From Nemertoderma westbladi (taxonomy: Eukaryota; Animalia; Xenacoelomorpha), in assembly GCA_032718475.1 (NCBI GenBank), contig JAUCBJ010009060.1, forward strand, positions 72,065 through 136,064: a stretch of 64,000 nt of DNA, given 5' to 3'. Positions 11,501 to 26,600 of the stretch are shown here, in pieces. The first letter of the stretch is position 1, and each line of letters begins with the position of its first letter. A program made the position numbers and the translations under genes. Below the pieces are notes generated by a model. It did no database searches. It was not told the DNA's origin and saw nothing but the letters and a program-made list of their open reading frames with translations.

Positions 11501-14384
11501 GGCAGCGTACTTGCGCAGACAAGTAGACTCAGCAGAATTCGATGTTTCGCTCATTACTTCTAAGGCAAAAACAATGCCTACTAAGTATATGACGACACCA
11601 CGAGCTGAGCTACAAGCCGCAACCCTGTCAACCACCATCGTGAACCTTATACAGACAGAACTACAGTCAAGTTTACAGATATTTTATTGGACTGACGCGA
11701 CGTTGGTTTTATTTTACATAAACAACGACACACTTGAATTCAAGACATTCGTAGCTAACCGTCGTGCAGAAATTCTAGACTGTTCAATAAAAGAGGATTG
11801 GCGACATTGTCCCGGACCACAAAACCCAGCTGATATTGCGTCGTGAGGAATGATGCCTGAGGAATTCTGTAAACCGGAAAACAAAGAATTTTGGCAACAC
11901 GGACCCCAATTCTTGCAGAAATCGATGCAAGATTGGCCACCGTTATACGACAACAAGTCTAACACCATCCCTAAGGACGCCGAAATCAAGAAACCAAAAA
12001 AGGGGAAGGCAAAGAAAAAGACGACGGCGACAAAACTCAAGAAAAAACCGAAGGCGAAATGGAAAGCGATAACTTCAAAGGTCAAGAGAGGAAGACTTGC
12101 GAGCCTTTCTACACCAGACATATCGCCAGACGGTCAAACAGACACGTTACTAGACAGCCAACCAGACATTTTGCCAGACATATCACAAAATGTTCTACCA
12201 GACACTAGTAACATACTGACAAATAGTAAAGCCGCAGTTTCTCTATTGGAGCGGCCTTCTATTGACAAACAACCAGATACGTTACCAGACGTATTGCCAG
12301 ACACGTTGCTAGACGGTCAACCAGACGTTTTGCCAGACACGTCACTAGATATTTCGCCAGATGTTCCGCGAAACATTTTACCAGACATGTCACAAAATGT
12401 TCTACCAGACATTAGTAATGTATTGACAAATAGTGAAGCCGCAGTTTCCCTATTGGAGCGGCCTTGTATTGACAAACTACCAATTTTGACACACTTGAGC
12501 AACCATAAGCATGGTGAAACCTCATGTATTACAGATGTGGGTAGTACCTACGCTAATGTAAATACAGGTGTTACTCTGCGCTCAAGAGACATACCAAACT
12601 TGCAACCTATGGTGAAACCTGGGATTAATATCGGCAGAAAAATAAGTTTACCGAAACCCACTGACCCCATAGAGTTCAAACCACCATTAACGATCAACTT
12701 ACAAAGTACCGACAATCAAGGTAAGAAGACAAAGAAGGACAAATTACTTGTAGACCGGACGGATCAATAGTCAACAAGGGAATACCTACCGGCGGACCCG
12801 TGGGCCCTTCTAGTAATTCAAAACCTTCCAAAATCTCCATTGACTTACCTGATGACGTCACAAATACTTACGTCGACCGTATTGTAAACCTAACAGACTC
12901 TTGGACAAACGTTTGCCGAAAATTAGCGTGGATTGTACGTTTTGTACAATACGTTAAAGGCAAACGTGACTTTACACGTCGACTTACATTGGCTGAGATT
13001 GACAGGTGTGAAATTAAATTAATTCGCCATTACCAACTGCGATATTTCGCGCGCGAATTCACATCTATAAATCAAGGTCAACCAATCAAGTCGTCACCAA
13101 TACTGAGTTGGAGTCCGATTATTTATAATGGCTTAATTTGTCATAAATCTCGGCTTCAAAACATTGACTTTAACACAAACTTTAGATACCCAATAATAAT
13201 ACCACAACATCACGAACTACAACGTGCAATGATACTGGACGCACATTTACATCTGAAACACGCTGGAAGACACCACTGTCTTTCCTACTTACGTACAAGA
13301 TTTGTATTAATTAGACCCAGTAAAGCGTTAAGTTCAGTGACACGTACGTGTATTATTTGTAAAAAGGTACATTCTAGAATAGGTACCCAAGAAATGAGTG
13401 AACTTCCACAAGCACGACTTCAAGCATTCAGACCACCTTTTACAGAGACTGGAATTGATTGCTTTGGTCCCATACATACGAAACGTGGACGTATACTAGT
13501 AAAACGCTGGGGACTGATTTTCACATGTATGTCCAGTAGGGCAGTTCATATTGAACGTGTGATGGATCTTTCCACCAACGCGTTTATACTAGCATTGCGG
13601 CGATTTATCGCTAGACGCGGACTAGTAAAATGCTTGTACTCAGACCAAGGGACAAACTTTGTTGGTGCTCGAAATGAGATTGCTAGAGCCTTTAAGAAAT
13701 TAGATCATGATCAAATCTCGAACGAACTACAACCTCACAAGATTGTTTGGAAGTTTAATCCTCCAGATAGTCCATGGAGAGGCGGAGTCTGGGAGAGATT
13801 GATTAGATCTATCAAAGACGGCCATGGCAAAGGTCATTCCAGTAAACCACATATTGACAGACGACCAACTGACAACACTGTTTGTTGAAATCGAGGCAAT
13901 ACTAAATACTAGACCAATAGTATTAGTACCCGATGACAAACAATCTCAGTTTGCTTTGACACCGGCACACCTGCTAATGCAGGCACCGACTACATTAATG
14001 ACGCCTATTTCTATTCCAATAGAAAGCGATAGCTACGGTAGAAAAGCGTGGAAAATCACGCAACTACTGGCTAACAAATTCTGGGAAATATGGCAAAACC
14101 ATTATTTGCCCTCTATTTCTGCCAGAACAACTTGGTACAATAACACCCGCGCATTAAAGCCGGGAGATCACGTGCTGTTAGCGGAAGTGAATCTAAAAAG
14201 ACGCTTCTGGATAACAGGTGTAATTTTAGCCACACATCCATCTATGGATGGAGTGACAAGAACTGTGACGGTACGGACAATTGACGGTCGTACAGTAGAC
14301 AGACCGACTCAACGTCTCGTACTTCTTGAAGAGACTCGTAACGAGTCTGGAGACTACAAATCTCCACCTAATATTAGTAAATAA
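5570..14384 (+). pseudogene. Disrupted gag-pol of BEL copy 1
   Basis: Same protein as 20623-29922 but broken by +1 T (~8301), CGA>TGA (11844), -1 C (~12756) and +1 (~13813); seen as ORFs 5570, 8283, 11850, 12800 and 13824. Confidence 0.95.
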
Positions 14385-15045
14385 TTAGGAGTTTACAAAT
14401 AGATTTCCACGTACCTGTACACCGTAGTAAGGACAGCGGTAGAATTCCATTGTCTTTATATGTGAACATTGAGGGTAGTACCCTTATGTGTCACATAGGA
14501 GCGGGATTTGTAGGTATAAGAAATGGAATTCTACTTGGAACTCACAATATTGAGACATTTTCGAAATTTTAGACAATCCATTTGGATTTGAAAAATTTTT
14601 AAAATTTTCTCCAGTGAATAGATTTCAGGGTACAGTCGGGTGGAACTTAAAATTAGAGAAACAAGAGAGGAAGACTTGCGAGCCTTTCTTAAAATTTTAA
14701 TTAAATTTTACACGGTCTTGTTTCAATAAGTTACGTCAATAAATAGACTCCCCTATATTTATTACTAATTCTTGATTGCTTATTTTCTGATAATAGTTTG
14801 GGATCAAAAGGTGAGTATTTTAGACTCACAGCCAGTTTAGCCCAAATTCGTTTTTATTTCGGCAAAAAATTTTAGATAAGAAGCAGCGTGTCATTAAAGA
14901 AACCCTAGATCTTAGGCTATGGGTAGGAGGTTAGAGCGTTGTCGAGCCCAAAGGGCAGACGAAACTCTCACGTCTCCTCACAACTAACTACAAACTCTGT
15001 TGTATTCCCTCTAGTAGTAATGATTATGTAACTACACCCCTAATT

Positions 15046-17055
15046 ATGGAGAAAGGGATACAAGGAGAGCCGAGATGGGGATATGATATCCAAGAGGAGG
15101 CAGCAGCGCCATTCGAAAGATTTGGAGCCAAGGACTACACTATATTTGGTATAAAGGAATTATCGGAAAGTACAGCGAAACTCGCGAGAACTAAATATGA
15201 CTCAAATGTATTAAAGAGAAGACAAAACGCATTAAACGAAAGAATCGAAAGTTTGCGCAAAACCTTCAATGAACTTTACCCGTACGACGCTTTGTGTGAT
15301 ACGGGAGACATTAGCGAAGACCCCGATACTGAAATTAGTCGTTTGTATCATACCATGCAATACCTGAAGGCGCACGAACCTATGCCCGCGGTACGCAGAT
15401 GAATTCGATGGAATGCATCTTTACAGACGAACTCGAGGGGACGATAGAGAAACCAAGGAAGCATTTTCAGTTTATAAACTTTATTATCAATGCGGTTCTT
15501 GTATGCGCGAACAACGAAATGCGATTCCGATGCGTTTGAATAAGGAAAATCCCGAACCGATATTGGCGAGGTGTTCGAACCATCAACAACTATGTTACCC
15601 TATGAAGGAGAACGTATCGTGGAGATTACGGATGAATCACGGCAGACGCGCGCGCCTATCGGTCACCTTGGTGATGATTTCGAAGTAACTACTACGATCG
15701 CTGACGATCCTTTAGAGGAACTTCTTGAGATAGAAAGGAACCTCCCGAAGAAATCTCAGACGGAGATTCGACAACTTGAAGCAACAGATGCTATAGTTTG
15801 TATACAACCTTCAGAAACCTACCAACCCATAGATCCAGATGATTACGATTATAGTGTGGGAGGAAGCGCTCGACCGATTGGAGATCTTATATACGAACGA
15901 GTGTGGTACCCTGCCAATACGATGTGTGGTAAATGTGGCGTCGCTGGACATCATATGACAAAGTGCAGTGGAAAGCACATTACTACGACTCAGCTAATCT
16001 GTGGATGGTGTGGGGATCAAGGGTCTCATACCTTTTATACTTGCTGGAGATTTATGGCTCAATGTACTTATTGCAATATAAAAGGACATCGAGCATCTGA
16101 ATGCCAACTAAGAGACATACCTTATGAACACGAATCTGTAAAACTCGTGAGGAAATTATTTGATGAGTGGGAAGATTTAGCCGACGAACATGTATCGGCA
16201 CAAAGAAGACGATTTCCGATGAGGGCGCATCTTGGATTTTGGGCGGTAAATCCCCAAACGATGATGTCGGAAGGATACATCTCCGCTATGCCCCAATATG
16301 ACGAACTTATCGAGGTAGTCGATATTTTGCCCCACGACAGCGGATTCCGAGTAGTGCGCGAGTATCTACTACAGATTCACCCGGATAACAAAAACACGTG
16401 GAATTTTCAGAAAGTCGTTAATCGCATTACGTATGGTGAATTCGATCGTTTCCGAACTGAAAAGCGGAATAAAGGAGCTTGGTTAACCGTCGCATGGGCG
16501 TACCGAGCCGCGTTTTACCATAAACGTATACGAGCGAGCGTATTCGAGGAAGAGGAGGTCCTAGAGGCGACGAATATACCAGCCACTCCGGTTGCGCCGT
16601 CTGCACGTCACCCTCGGGAGGACGGACAGGGTAGGATCATACGGGTCCAGAAAGTGGGCCAACAATTAAAGAAAATTATTAATATAGAAGAACGCAAGGG
16701 AGTTGAGCCGACCATTCGAGTTACTCGGGATACGGTATCGCTTCCTAGAGAACCAGTAGGAGGATCGGGACATACACCAGCTGATCAACAGGGGGCGCAA
16801 GCTACTCTTGGGTCTGCGTCGTCCGCTTCTCGCGCGTTCCCAGACGTTCTACCAACTGTAGTGACAACTGATCGGTCACGAGGAATCGGTCGAGGTTTTG
16901 GGATGCCAAATAGACGAATTTGCGAGGAAATAGTCGCACCGTCTCTCAACGTCCAAACGAAACCAGTGACTCGCCCCACGAGTCCCATATCGCGAGCAAA
17001 GTCACCTGTGCGCAGTTTTCGAGGACGCGGCAGGGCTCGATCCACTAAGCGATAA
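15046..17055 (+). pseudogene. Disrupted ORF2 of BEL copy 1 (exonuclease domain deleted)
   Basis: Matches 30584-34309 with a frameshift near 15395 and a 1717-bp deletion at 15592/15593 (equivalent to 31130-32846). Confidence 0.92.
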
Positions 17056-17126
17056 AAGGGAGGGCAAGGGTGGACGGAAGACTCGTGAGCCTTTCTTATG
17101 ATTTGTGATTTATTTGAATTATATTT

Positions 17127-17365
17127 ATATTTAGTAAGTTTTGTATTCTGGAAAACTCATATTTAGTAAAACTTATATTTAGTAAAACTTATATTTAGTA
17201 AAACTTATATTTAGTAAGACTTATATTTGTAAAACTTATATTTAGTAAGACTTATATTTTGTAAGAATTTATATTTTATATTTGTGATTATTCCGAACTT
17301 ATGCAATTTATATTATTCCGAACTTATGCAATTTATATTGTTCCGAATATTATGCAATTTATATT
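17127..17365. repeat. AT-rich 16-bp and 25-bp minisatellites in BEL 3' UTR (counterpart 34380-34620)
   Basis: ATATTTAGTAAAACTT repeats and TTATTCCGAACTTATGCAATTTATA repeats; copy numbers differ between the two elements. Confidence 0.75.
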
Positions 17366-17926
17366 TTATAAGCAGTATTTGTATTTACAGTGAAATAGAA
17401 AGTAAGAGTAGATGGAAGACTCGTGGGCCTTTCTTATAGTTTCATTTGTAAAGTGTTATATTTTGTATTTAGAAAGTTTTATAGTCAGAAAGTTTTGTGC
17501 TTAGAAAGACTCATATTTGTAATTATTCCAAACTTATGCAATCTACATTTAGGTACGAAAGTATTTGTAATTACTTGAATTTATGCAATATTTGAGATGC
17601 AATAGTAGATGGAAGACTCGCGAGCCTTTCTTATTGTTTTCATTTATTTGTATTTGTAATTGTTTGAATTTATGCAATATTGAGATGCAATAGATTTATA
17701 TTGGTGAATTTAATTTAGATTTATATTGTACTTACTTAGTAAAGCCTTAAATACGTAAAGTTTGAATTTGTAATTATTTTTGTATCGAATCATTACGTAG
17801 AAAGGAAGTATTATTTGAAATTTAATTGTAAATATGTAAGTACGCCCTAAGTATTCTATAGTTTGATTGATTATTGGTGAAAACCGTATATTTTATGCAC
17901 GATAATATCCTGTTTTCATGGAGCGG

Positions 17927-19816
17927 TATAGAATTATATTCCCTAAATGCCGTGGATTTTCAAAATTTTATTTTATTCGAATTAACTTTGTAAAAGATTG
18001 CTTTGAGTCCTCATTTGTATTTGTTATATCTATTGTACGCCTATTGGTCAAGTGGTTCAGTAGCTCAGTCGGTAGAGCGTTGGAAATTATATGTGTAGTA
18101 GGTATTGAGTTCGAATCCTAGTAAGTGCGAATTATTTTTTGTGCAGAATTTCAACTCATTTAAATTAACCGCTACAAATTAATTGCATTTGTCTGTACCA
18201 ATGAGACTGTAGTTATTTGATTGTAACCAATGTCGTGCAAGTTATATATTAGCTGGACCAATAGCTATCTTTAAAAACCTGTTAGAACCTATAGAACAAT
18301 CGAGAATTTTCTCGATTGATTGCAGCACAAATTTGCTATATAAAGGTGCGATTTGTTCATTAGTTATACCTCTCAGATTATCTTATCTTATCAATATTCT
18401 GTCGTGCTTAGTTTATTTCAGATTACATTGTATTATAATTATATCTTCTGTAATAAAGTCAGAATTATCGCTAATCTGCTTTTCTATCTGTTTTACCATG
18501 ATTCACTACGGTGAACCCAACCTAAGGGACAGGATGGCCGGCTAGAGATCGGGCCGCAGCAATGAACGGGAACATCGGGGGAATGTAGACCAGAGACAAC
18601 CCGCAATACCATCTTGAGTTATTCGCCCATCGCCTGAAAGGTTAGACAGCGTTCGACGCCTTGCTACCTAAGTGTAAGACCAAAAGATCAAAAGGTAGAA
18701 GTAGTGACACGCTGTGAGCCTAAAATTACATCTTAGGGACTGTACTGTCTTGATTCAGGAAAAACCACAGTAGACCTTCATATTCCTACGGGGGGGAGAG
18801 GGAAAGAGCAGGCAGATACTAGTACGCAGATAGGACGTAGGCACACCGGTACGAAGCATACAAATTGGTAGGGTGCAGCAAACTGTACGCCTAACTCTTG
18901 CTAAGTGCAGGTGTGTGTGCGACTATTTGTAGTACGACAGTGTCCATTGCATTAGAACTTGTAGGCTAGGGGGGTTGCTGTGTTTTCACCTGAATTGGGA
19001 TTGTACCGTTCAGGCGGTAGGGCAGTTTACAGCTAGGCGCAAATAAATTGAGGCTATTAGGGATACTAACATCTACCGTGTCCCCGCCAACGCCCTAATA
19101 GGAAGTTACCCGGACTACCTGGGTGACTAAAATTCTAGATAGGAGCCAGGATAGCTATTAGTAACTGTACGCCTACAGTAGTAAACTAACACATCTCTTC
19201 TTAGTATCAGGGACCTGGTACCTAAAATTGCCGAATTCTGGGCGTAGCATTAACCTTATGCCTGAATTTGAGTCCTGGAAATACGCAAGAGGGGAAGGAA
19301 CCTTATCATTCGTGAGTATTGGACCTACAAGTTACAAAATTAGAATATTCGTAAAATGCACACCGTACCCAGTAATTATATATGTGAAGGAGCAAAACTG
19401 TTTTTGACCGTTCAGAATTAACACACGCGCGTTAGAAATTATTTACACCTCAAAATATATAAAATTAACTTTCGTCCTTACTGTGCTTTGCCCGCTAGTT
19501 AGACATCTCCAAATCTCTGCCTGTACCTAGCTAGCGTCCCTTCGCCCAACCATATAAATCACACCGCGGCAAAGTATACGAGCCCCTTAGTCCGTCAGTG
19601 AGTCAGCCTGATTTTAGGATTCGCTGCGCGGGATTTTGTTTTATCGAAGTTTGTCTGCTCGTAGACTGTTTTCTGCCTCACCGGTTATAAGAGATCGATA
19701 CTGCAATATATTCGCTTACTTAGAGTTTACTGTTTTGGTGAGAAGGTCGGATTTATGATTTGATTCACAAACTTTACAGTAGGATATTGCAGGTATTGTT
19801 ACTGTCTCTTCGAATA
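17927..19816 (+). repeat. LTR2 (shared: 3' LTR of copy 1, 5' LTR of copy 2)
   Basis: Direct repeat preceded by 3' UTR/PPT and followed by the same 5' leader as LTR1. Confidence 0.9.
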
Positions 19817-20622
19817 GTAGGAATATGTTTTACTGAACTACGGTTCGGTAGGACTAAAGTTATTTGAAAATTTTGTATTTTGAGGTAAAAATTTATATTT
19901 GATTAGCTAAGTGCTAATTTTTTGAAATAAAATTTGATTTGAACCGCGTGTAAAATATTTTGGAATTGAATACCGGTGTTTAAAAGGGTTTAAATACCAT
20001 ATTGTACCGGTACAAAATTTTCGTAAAGTAAAACCTAACTCTTTTGTTTTTCAGGATTCAGAACTCATTTCTAGACTGTAACGGGAGCAAGACCGTGTTT
20101 AGCAAGTTTGGGAGATAGATAACTCAACAACTTTGGTTGGGAAAATCGCGCTTCGTCCGCAACGTTAAAAACGGAAAGGTTCACGTCCGGTTTGTATCTG
20201 GGAATCTGTTTTTCTGGAGAATTATTGGAGTGGGTGAGTTCGAAAAGTTGCATAAATAAGTTAGGCATTACCGTATTAGTTAAAATTATTGTGGGTTCCA
20301 CTGTCTCAAGTATTTATGCATTCCGTATGATTTCTTTGTTCATTGCTGAATTAGTCCGTATTATTGTATTTAATTTACCTTTTGATAACGCATATCGTTA
20401 TCCGATTTATTTGTTATAAAATTGGCCGCTAGGCTAATTTTATTATATACTTATTCCGTGACATTTATTTGCTGTAAAATTGGCCGTTTAGGCTAATTTT
20501 ATCCATCTGCTATAAAATCGGCCGGTAGGCTAATTTTATATGACTGTAATTAGTACCGTTTAGATAAACTACGGTAAGTTTGATACTTTGACACTCACTT
20601 TACTTGACTTACAACTACCGAA

Positions 20623-23600
20623 ATGAGTGACAAACAAGACTATACGAAAAATACACAAACCGACTATGACTCATGCGACGGAGATAAGTCAGCAGCGGAA
20701 GAACAACAGGGGAAGACTCGCGAGCCTACCGAACCTACACCGTGTGCGTCACCAGTACATCCAACGGGAGTACCGGATGCCGTAGTACGAGGCGACGGCA
20801 GGACCGAGGACTTTCTAACTGTTCCGCAACCTAGATACAGGGAAACGGACATGGTAAGTTCAGTAGGAAGCCAGGAGAGCGTGGTTAGAAGCGTCGGTGG
20901 ATACATGGCGCATATTACCAGGAGTATTGGAGAAGGCCAACGCATATTAGACGGGTTGACCGCTCCGATGTCTCGATTCGAGTTCTACACCCTCCAGGTT
21001 AGAGTACAGAGTAAAGTATATAAGTCCGTAGATAATCTAGTTGGCCTACAAGATCTAGCTAGACAGAGACAGGACATGGATACTCAACTTAGAATCCTCG
21101 AGAAACTAATGATCGCTAGAGAGAAACTGATTCAGTTTAAGTCGACGATTAGACAGATACAACAGGAACAAGCGGACCAGTTGTTAGGTGAGTCAGTTTC
21201 GGACGAATTATTACAGCCCGAGGAAGAACAGGAACTGTACCGACTGGATGGACAATTGAAACATCTGACGGACCACTTACGTATGTGCGGCGAGGATGTC
21301 GGAGATTGGGAAACCGTGCCGGAATATACGAGGGAAACTTCACCCGTACGAATCGAATCGGCACCGGGAATACTGAATCAATCACTGGTGAGTATTCGCA
21401 GCGAGATTAACGAGGTAAGCATGGTCACGTCAGAAGTTGCTCGACAACAGCAACAGTTCTACAGACAGCAACACGAGATGGAAGAACAAACTCAACTGCT
21501 AATGATACAAACAGCGGTAGAGGAAGAGAAAATACGTGTTGCGAATGTAGCGAGAATCTCTCATCTGCAGGAACAAGCCGAACTCGAAGCGGCCGAAATG
21601 GAAAGGTTAGAGTTGGACATTGCCCAACAAGCGGCAGCGGCCGAGTTAGCGCAACGAACGGCAACAGCCGAGTTAGAGCGACAAACGGCAGCGGCAGCGG
21701 CAGCGGCCGAGTTAGAGCGACAAACGGAAGCGGCAGAGTTAGAAAGAAAAAGGTTAGTTTCAGAAGCCAGAGTCGAGATGAAGACACGGCAAATAAAAGC
21801 CCAACAAGCGATACGACAAGCAGAGTTCGAGGCGCAACAACAACAAACGGAACAACGAGAAAAGGAAGTTAAACTTCGTTTCGAACTTGAGAAAAGGGCG
21901 AGAGAATTAGCCGAAACCAAGGAAAATCTGGATCTTCTAGCCCGTGATCGATCGATGAGATCTCGTGACGGACATGATTTGGACCAGATAGAGGTAAGGC
22001 ACCGCCAAATCCAGGAACGACTAAAGGAAGGTTCGATAGGAGCACCTGGACGGGAACGACAATTAGTAAAGGACTTATGTCAAAGATTCCCTCAAGTAAC
22101 CCCTATGTTCGCACCAGTTACAACTAAGGAACCTGTTTCGATTGCGGGTAGTAGTGATATTTCTCCTATCCATGGTGCGACGGAACACAGGTTTGTTATT
22201 CCGGACAAGTTTACACCGCCAAGAGCAACGTCGTCGCCTATTCCGAAAGTCAAGGTAAGTAACCCGCCGATTACGGATCGTAGTAGTTTGTTGACTGGAC
22301 CTGCACTACTGACGACTAAACAGGTGAGTCCACCGTCGACACCTAAACCCGTTACACACTACGCTTACCCAATGACGTTTCGACCTACAAGGCCGGTAGA
22401 TTCAAATGCTGTCATTCGCCCACCGGTTCAGTTTACATCGCAATCTACGACTTCGAGGAAGACTTGTGAGCCTACCGAACAACGGAGACCAGTGGATACG
22501 CGACCGTTCAACCAGTTTACATCGCAATCTACGACTTCGAGGAAGACTTGTGAGCCTACCGAACAACGGAGAACAGTGGATACGCGACCGTTCAATCAGT
22601 GTACATCGCAATCTACGACTTCGAGGAAGACTTGTGAGCCTACCGAACAACGGAGACTAGTGGATACGCGACAGTTCAACCAGCGTGCATCGCAATCTAC
22701 GACTTCGAGGAAGACTTGTGAGCCTACCGAACAACGGAGACTAGTGGATACGCGACAGTTCAACCAGTTTACATCGCAATCTACGACTTCGAGGAAGACT
22801 TGTGAGCCTACCGAACAACGGAGACTAGTGGATACGCGACAGTTCAACCAGTTTACATCGCAATCTACGACTTCGAGGAAGACTTGTGAGCCTACTGAAC
22901 AACGGAGACTAGTGGATACGCGACAGTTCAACCAGCGTGCATCGCAATCTACGACTTCGAGGAAGACTTGTGAGCCTACCGAACAACGGAGATCAGTGGA
23001 CGATGTTACGAAACGAAACGTGAGAATTCGTACGACGCAACGGACGCGAGCACATCGACCTCCATATCCAGATGATAGTAGTACTTCGAGCGAATCGGAT
23101 TACCCGAAACGCGAGGTATTTAGAACAGGGGCGGCCGATGAATATAAACGCGAGCGTTCAGACAACTCCTTTATAGACAATCCTCCACAGAATACACCAA
23201 CACAGAAGGCGTTACAACCAACGGACGCAATCAGTACTCAACAATTCGCCGACATCATGCGACCAGTTGTTAACAAGTTGGCTCAGATCGAGGAGCGTCT
23301 GGAGGAAGTTCAAACCGATAGTTCGAGGAACACTGAATTCGAACACAATAGACACCCGAAGGAACCACAAAGACCGGTACCTTCAAAACACCCATCGTAT
23401 CAGGGAAAAGCGCCAAGAAGGGATATCAACCAGATTACCAACCAAGGACGCGAAACTCTGAACGTTGCCGAGGAGATAGCGAAATTCGCAGCCAGACAGG
23501 GATTGCCGGTGCAACAACCACCGAAGTTTTCTGGTAGCTCAAAACACTGGCATACATTCGTAGACTATATCGAATCTCAGATCGCCGTGTGCGCCTTTAC

Positions 23601-26600
23601 ATCACGGGAGAAGTTTAATTACCTGCTTCAAACGTTGTCAGGAGAACCTAAACGTTTGGCAGAGACCTTCGTTGGTGTACCGGACGCCTTCGAACTAGCG
23701 TACGATCGTTTAACTTCGATATACGGAGGTACAGTCAGTATGGCCAGGTCAGTAATAGAGGAACTCTGTAAGGGAGGGGCTATTACTAAACCCGTCGACT
23801 TATTAAAACTGGCTGACGAGATAAGGAACGCTATCACTACTTTAAGATCCATTGGACAACTTGACTACGGGAATACCCCTACAGTCCTATTAAAGATCAT
23901 AGGACGACTCCACCATCGACTTCGTCGGGAGTGGAGAAAGATCGAATACCAGCGAGAAGAGCGGGGTGGATTCTTAAAACTGGAGGATGTGTACCTTTTG
24001 ATATCCAGGGAGGCAGTAGTAGAAACTCGATCCAACTACACTGACCAGCACATCGTGGCAGAAGGAATCACATTGCCATCCTCCAACCGGCAAAAACCCC
24101 AGACAACATCCACTAAGACGGCCACTTACACCACACCAACGGAATCACGACAATTCTCGGACGGTAGTAGGGTATCTGCGCCCATTGGGATAAAACAGAC
24201 GAGACAACAACTCAGTACCGACTTCAGCGGCTGCCAATACTGCGAGCATCTAGGCAAGCGGTATATCGGTCACAAGTTGAGGGGTTGTCGACAGTTTCGC
24301 GAGTTGAACTCGGAAGAACGACGGCTGCAGATACGGCCACTGGACTCTTGTTGGCGGTGTACGCGACACGGACACGTTCGCAAGGATTGCCCAAATACCG
24401 ACACTTGTCCATCCTGTGGACGCAACCACGACGGTCTGCTCCACACAGACAGCCACACGCCGACAAAACGCTTCGCCAGAGAACACCCGGAAGCAGCAGC
24501 GAGATGTGATGCGGCCTACAGAAAACGAGAATCGAAAACGACTCCAACCTTCGTGACCCATATTGAGGATTGCTTCTCAGAACAATCCGGATCGTCGGAC
24601 GAAGAGTTAGAAGACGACGACGAATATTCCAATGGAGACGAACAACCGTCGATCGCGCTTCTGACCACTGACCAACTGAAGGGATTCAGTGTAATCCCGA
24701 TTAAGATTACTGGCACAAAGGGGAGTAAGAGAATTTACGCGATCCTTGATTCAGCCTCATCCCACAGCTATGTGGACGAAAAGATAGCTGACGTCGTGAC
24801 GGATCTCAAACAAGGTAAGCGCGTCAGTTACACCGTGAGTAGTATGCACGGACAGCGTGCAATACCAGTGACACGAGTCAAGTTAAACTTAGACTCTCTT
24901 CTTCCGAAATCGCAACACAGCGAGAGGGAGAGGTCTTTGTTACCCTTCAAGGATTTGACCTTTGCGGCCACCAAAGACTTTAGTAACTTACTAGGTCCGG
25001 TCCCAGAACAATCCTTGGAGGACCGTAAGTATTTCAGACACCTTGGTGTACCCGAATGTCCTGTCAATTATAGATCGGTAGCCATGCTGATCGGGACAGA
25101 CCAATTCAACCTACACCAAGTGTGGGAAACCAGACCATCGGCAGTTGTAGCGGGAAACGCATACGCCTGCAGAACGCCGATAGGGTGGTATACTCGAGCG
25201 CCTGTGCGCACACTAAACGTAAGTGACGAGGAAGACGATGTACAAAGTACATGTAGTTTACTAACTACAAATTCAATCCATTCCTTTTCACACGATGTGG
25301 ACCATACTACACTACAGTCGACAAAACATGACAGACGTGTAACTAGTATGATAAGTAGTCACAAGGAGCAGCTAATCCACAAGGTGAGTTTAGAACTTGG
25401 GGAGAAGACGAGTCAGCTAGAGATTCCATCGACGACAGATGATAGGCTTGCGAGTCTACCTACCCCAACAACCTCAACAATACCCATCGATATCGATGAT
25501 GACGTGTTGAGAAATCATCAAGTGGAACAAGCTGCACTGGACAAAGAATTAACGGAGAAGACTATCAGGTGGTTAGAACAAGATACAGCTGAACCTGGTA
25601 GCTACGAACCTTGTATGTCGGAACAGGAGAAACAAGCTCTGAAGATCATGGAAGATACTATCCGCCAGACGAAAGACGGACATTATGAGGTGGGGATGTT
25701 ATGGCGTAGCCAAAGTCCTAAACTTATAAACAACTACCCACTGGCTTTAAGACGTCTACACTCAATACGGCAACGTCTATTAAAGGACGAGAAAGCCCAT
25801 CTGCAGTACAACACTCAGATGGAGACGTATTTGACTAAGGGATATGCTATCCGAATGACTAACCCAGAGATAGTGACTAACCAGACATACTACCTGCCAC
25901 ATCACTATGTGAGACATCCCGACAAACCAGATAAAGTACGTGTAGTCAATGATTGTGCGGCTCTATTTGAGGGAATGTCCCTCAATAGTGAGTTGATGGA
26001 TGGACCAAACATGAATAATTATCTTATGGGGGTGATTATGCGCTTCCGTCAGCGTCAAGTAGCCTTTACTTGCGACGTTGAAGCGATGTTTCACCAAGTG
26101 AAAGCGTTAGAGCGAGACAGAGACAGTTTGCGGTTCCTCTGGTATCCGGAAGGAGACTTAAGTCTACCACCAGCGACTTACCAAATGCAAGTTCGCGTTT
26201 TCGGTGCCAGAGACAGCCCAAACTGCACGATGTACGCCCTAAAACAAGCCGCTAGAGATCAGAAACACCTATATGACCCAGAGATAATTAGGATTGTGGA
26301 GCGTGACTTTTACGTTGACGACGGTTTACAGAGTTGCGACACAGTAGAACGTGCTACAACAGTAGCACATCAATTACGGGACTGCTTAGCGGGCGGAGGT
26401 TTTAACCTCACCAAATTCGCCTCAAACAGTGCCGAATTAGTAGACTCATTCGGAACGACTGAGCGTGGAGGTGGTGACATAGACCTAGAGTTCGAACCAC
26501 TACCGACGACCAAGGTGTTGGGGCTCTTTTGGGACCCAAACACGGACAACTTCCGAGTGAAGGTGAGACTGGACAGTCAAGAGAACACACTGACAAAGAG

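Larger units (their letters stand above)
2871..19816 (+). mobile_element. BEL/Pao LTR retrotransposon, copy 1 (defective)
   Basis: LTR-gag-pol-ORF2-LTR structure; near-identical to copy 2 but with frameshifts, a nonsense codon and a 1.7-kb deletion. Confidence 0.95.
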
